From contig CP065011.1 in NCBI GenBank assembly GCA_016699795.1, positions 755,449 through 819,448 of the forward strand: a stretch of DNA of 64,000 nt. The letters are read 5' to 3'. The stretch is from Candidatus Moraniibacteriota bacterium (GTDB taxonomy: Bacteria; Patescibacteriota; Minisyncoccia; Moranbacterales; GCA-2747515). The translations under genes were made by a program, and so were the position numbers. Each line of letters begins with the position of its first letter. Position 1 is the first letter of the stretch. The notes beneath the pieces were generated by a model, which ran no database searches, had not been told where the DNA came from, and saw only the letters and a program-made list of their open reading frames with translations. Positions 62,801 to 64,000 of this stretch are shown piece by piece.

Positions 62801-63716
62801 ATCTCCTTCTTCCATCTCTTCCATTAAAGCTTCTTCCAAACAAATAGGGGAAACAACTATCACATGGAAAACTTCCACTCCCACTACCTCTATTGTTGAA
62901 TATGGAAACACAGAAAACTATGGACAAACAAGAAAAAGTGAAGAACTCAAAAAAGATCATGAAATTATCATAAACAATCTTTTAGAAAACTCTACCTACC
63001 ACTTCCGAGTAAAAGGAGAAGATGAATCAAAAAATCTCTTCTCTTCTTCCGACTCTACCTTTGAACCAAAGTCTCCACCACAAATCAAAGAAATCAAGAT
63101 AGAAGTTCTTTCAGACAGAGAAGCAAAAGTAAACTTCCTTACTGATACTCTTACCGACTCTCTTGTAACCTACAAAAACAAAAACAAAGAAGAAGATCAA
63201 AAGAGTGAAGGAAATCCCTCCCTCCTCCAAACTCACTCCCTCACCCTCAAAGAACTCACTCCTGGAGAAAACTACGTTCTTACTGTACGAGTCAGAGATG
63301 ATATGGGAAATGAAACTCTCTCTGATGAGATAGAATTCACTATGCAAAAAGATGAAACTTCTCCTACAGTAGAAAGAGTCTCTACCGACTCCGCTCTTTC
63401 ACAAAACGGAAAAGTACAAATGATTATTAACTGGCAAACAGATGAAGATGCTTCTTCCTCCCTCATCTACAAAGAAGGAAGAGCAGGAGAAGAAAAAACA
63501 GTGAATGTAAGTTCTTCCCCAACAAAGAATCACATCATTGTACTCACCTCTTGGAAACCAGGAACTCTCTACTCTTACAAAGTCATAGTAAAAGATCTGA
63601 GTGGGAATGAAACCATAACCAAAGACTACATCACCCTTACACCACAAACAAAAGAATCTGTTGTAGAACTCATCATAAAGAACTTCAAAGAAATCTTTGC
63701 TTGGACGGGAGGGTAG
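56814..63716 (+). CDS. Giant secreted surface protein, copy 2 (intact 2300-aa ORF; beta-helix-like Gly-rich modules plus FN3-like domain array)
   Basis: Signal peptide FFFHFSLPFLFGILCVFFFSFSSPTHA. N-terminal 78 aa after the signal are identical to copy 1. Modules with GNLD(V/I)QTGGQIN, GRIA(V/I)KLTS.N.FG and AGTIYTETASQ. C-terminal ~1020 aa identical to copy 1. Confidence 0.9.
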   Translation: MKNDFKKEFFFHFSLPFLFGILCVFFFSFSSPTHASTVTWTGTTSTAWTTVTNWNTGTVPTSTDDVVINYTGTNQPTLDVNGGTITIQSLTLGGGASTSTLTMSNGYNGNDTNKKLNVTGNVTILNNGYLTHTANTTTETHRLFMDIGGNLDVQTGGQINVDVKGYSSGPGNGGCSSQGASYGGQGGCGSTFIDTYGSISDPVNIGSGGAGNGTLGGGSTVLEVVGETTINGIVASSSISSANRCGSGGTISLKTGSLNGSGLIRADGVVASYGTSQGIGGGGRIAIKLTSSNNFGSVMMRAYGYGGAAAGTIYTETASQREGNGTVIIDNNNQNSSVFTAIPATQTWTIKNLVLKNKGQISVPTGTTLDISNVTITTTDATPISGIMVNGGTFIPPLNTHSFSLPLFYNFYAPYTITGDLTLGGGSAQTQLIITNGSPTNKFTVTGNVTILNNGYLTHTSDYSSETHRLFMDIGGNLDIQTGGQINADDKGYGSGPGYGGTNPYCGSYGGQALPLGVTYGSITSPVNYGSGGGTNVYGGGSIQLTVSRNTNIAGIVSSSSTVYNGSRSGSGGSVNIITETLSGSGSIITKGAQSPCGAGGRIAVKLTSGNDFGLVTMQSFGVGGAAGTIYTETVSQGPNNGTLTIDNNNISTSAQTLIPQDNFTNNSLSLGNIIVKNKGLLAIPTGTTLNTTGDITIGTLNSSTDTSHIVANGTGTLISTNLTIHGVSGTGASINTNTKGYTPTLGTGAGTTGSLGYGSGGTYGGRGGNSSDGATSPNTYGNDFVPEDLGSGGGKSTGGTGGGDIRIRTNNNLNLYGTISSNGSAGLTNGGGGSGGSINILYAKNFTINGGKLQANGGAGQGGGGGGGGGRIAYAYENKTFTNQTIQTLGGTKGATAPATDGSAGSLKSGYLAGSLISSAFDSSSDANVMGTIEWKENEILPANTTVTISLKTAGTKENLSSSPWTQLAQSTASSLTSGCTKNGINVICSLSSIPNTLRDTIGDRFFQYKVDLSSPDLLSQPQVDDVSVSYVVNAPPEIESVSASQSTPNDTITFTYSIQDIDTQTGTYTPNYITPTFEYSLDDGSSWHTISSSFFTYNSAPFGGDISDQNADTIMENKVTDTYKTYSINWNAQQQLGLNTQTNNVRIRLTITDNEAANNNKFLVSDPFGIDTRPLTSITVSQSYQEATLGQVLISYDYEIQPTIQNNTTLTLEYFNGSTWIEAVSVTGDIGLNVSTGNKSLVWIPKTDIPEHFSSTSRVRLIASYQVASYTMTSVNYTLDTKTPTNPSLLVDASTQDLTIPSTTSVLTLGVSDDSPTQMKISLDENLTNSPWEPFNATVTIKLETDPDIVYTRFKDQYGNETQTIHTTTPETPTRVISQDTSNMLLTPPEYRAFVGFKTIEEPPTGFGNYKLYRSDDATTYTLQNIITSRTTNFLTDATPQPDILYTYKAKTTDTPGNVSFFSQTVTMKANGIQDFGEGGGGSDQTPPVLQNVTVESKDTTTVTITWETDELSDSRVEYATTPNTYTKQTGVSTYADTQAQSGLHRVTLTNLTPNTPYFFRVASTDPQGNTGVNDNNGNGYEVTTNPGPSISGVAVSSASNTQATIFWNTNVPADSVLHYSENKNGSLIDPITLSGSSVLTKNHQVTLDALTQGTTYYFYVTSTDSQGNIANDNNGGNYFQFSTTLDETPPTITNLQTSLISNDKAVITANTDEEASFLLQYRKKGSLTFTQTEQGTTYDRSHYRVLDTLTPDTEYEYQVSVKDINQNESQSDIQTMKTTLDPEYNHAPLSKIHTISDPPKVLTDQKAVITFQTDQAANCILEYGTQSRNYQEVPQTEATGIYDTLHSLHLGGLIFNTTYFYKLLCEDNLGTLIESEEKSFTTKLKQVDSGSEQAESTPPSISGVKVKDITGESAVVSWETDEVSNSQVRYGTTKETLQFGGDSLVNFDPTKYTTSHSVTLRGLIPSTKYFFSTGSSDTAGNIGTSSQQTFQTQSPSSISSIKASSKQIGETTITWKTSTPTTSIVEYGNTENYGQTRKSEELKKDHEIIINNLLENSTYHFRVKGEDESKNLFSSSDSTFEPKSPPQIKEIKIEVLSDREAKVNFLTDTLTDSLVTYKNKNKEEDQKSEGNPSLLQTHSLTLKELTPGENYVLTVRVRDDMGNETLSDEIEFTMQKDETSPTVERVSTDSALSQNGKVQMIINWQTDEDASSSLIYKEGRAGEEKTVNVSSSPTKNHIIVLTSWKPGTLYSYKVIVKDLSGNETITKDYITLTPQTKESVVELIIKNFKEIFAWTGG

Positions 63717-63726
63717 GAGGGGAGAG
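60652..63726 (+). repeat. 3.06-kb block identical to 24352-27425
   Basis: See partner feature. The longest exact repeat in the window, co-oriented and 36 kb apart. Confidence 0.9.
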
Positions 63727-63735
63727 ATTTATTGC

Positions 63736-63815
63736 CTTTTTGTCTTTGTGAGCAGTGATTCCTCCTCCTTCTTCTTCTTCTTCTTATCTTTTCGATCGAT
63801 GAGTCTTCGAGGAAT
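63736..63815 (+). repeat. Degenerate R-element-like sequence downstream of giant gene 2, with a (CTT)n microsatellite
   Basis: Shares the 5' tgtctttgtgag 12-mer and gagtcttcgagg / attcctcctcc motifs with R1/R2. Contains ccttcttcttcttcttctt. Confidence 0.35.
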
Positions 63816-64000
63816 GGAGATTTGACCCGCCTTTGGTGGAAAACTTTCTTAACTCATATTCATAAAAGAAGAAAAGAAATTTTCAAAAAGATCTTATCTA
63901 GAGTATAAAGAAAGAATATTCTTAAATATCTTTTGAAAAAGTTTAGAGAAGCAGATTGTGTATGGAGTATAGATATTCAGCTATTATTTTGGGAAAGAAA

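Noticed and set aside
20041-63716. A CRISPR array or other short-spacer repeat array suggested by the abundance of repeats.
   Set aside because: All repeats are long (0.2-3 kb) protein-coding paralogous blocks, or the ~140-bp R element present in two or three copies. There is no regular short repeat-spacer periodicity.

Overview
This is a 64-kb AT-rich bacterial chromosomal segment, coded almost entirely on the + strand. Small genes, short intergenic gaps and giant repeat-rich surface proteins fit an uncultured small-genome lineage such as CPR/Patescibacteria; that placement is inference only. No rRNA, tRNA or CRISPR array was seen.

Content:
- Housekeeping genes: class A PBP, ftsK, a rodZ-like gene, recA, rpoB, rpoC, rarA, valS, tsaD and leuS.
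- A complete zur-znuA-znuC-znuB zinc-uptake operon, with a sigma70-type promoter overlapped by a 21-27 bp perfect palindrome that looks like a Zur operator.
- Regulators and envelope genes: a sensor histidine kinase, two paralogous ECF sigma factors, an M23 peptidase, an ABC-2 exporter pair, a VanW-like protein, Hsp20, a cupin, an SDR reductase and a clan GH-A glycoside hydrolase.

Most interesting:
1. Two co-oriented, mosaic paralogous giant secreted surface-protein genes at 20041-27415 and 56814-63716 (about 2300-2460 aa). Each has an N-terminal Gly-rich beta-helix-like module array followed by about ten FN3-like domains. They share near-identical blocks of 0.23, 0.85 and 3.06 kb separated by unique cassettes. 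Copy 1 is interrupted exactly at a G9 homopolymer.
2. A roughly 140-bp conserved, structure-forming intergenic element upstream of both giant-gene loci, with a degenerate third copy downstream of copy 2.
3. leuS carries an inserted, perfectly conserved Nudix-box domain of about 150 aa.
4. A small accessory stretch at 17.0-20.0 kb holds a hemerythrin-like gene, an AbiEii-type nucleotidyltransferase toxin gene with an N-terminal extension, and an AAA/DUF4143 ATPase. Two of these, like giant gene 1, show frameshifts at homopolymers, so sequencing error is a live alternative to pseudogenisation or phase variation.
5. Unusual low-complexity features: a poly-Asp12/poly-Lys tail on the PBP and a His/Pro/Arg-rich glycine-zipper lipoprotein.
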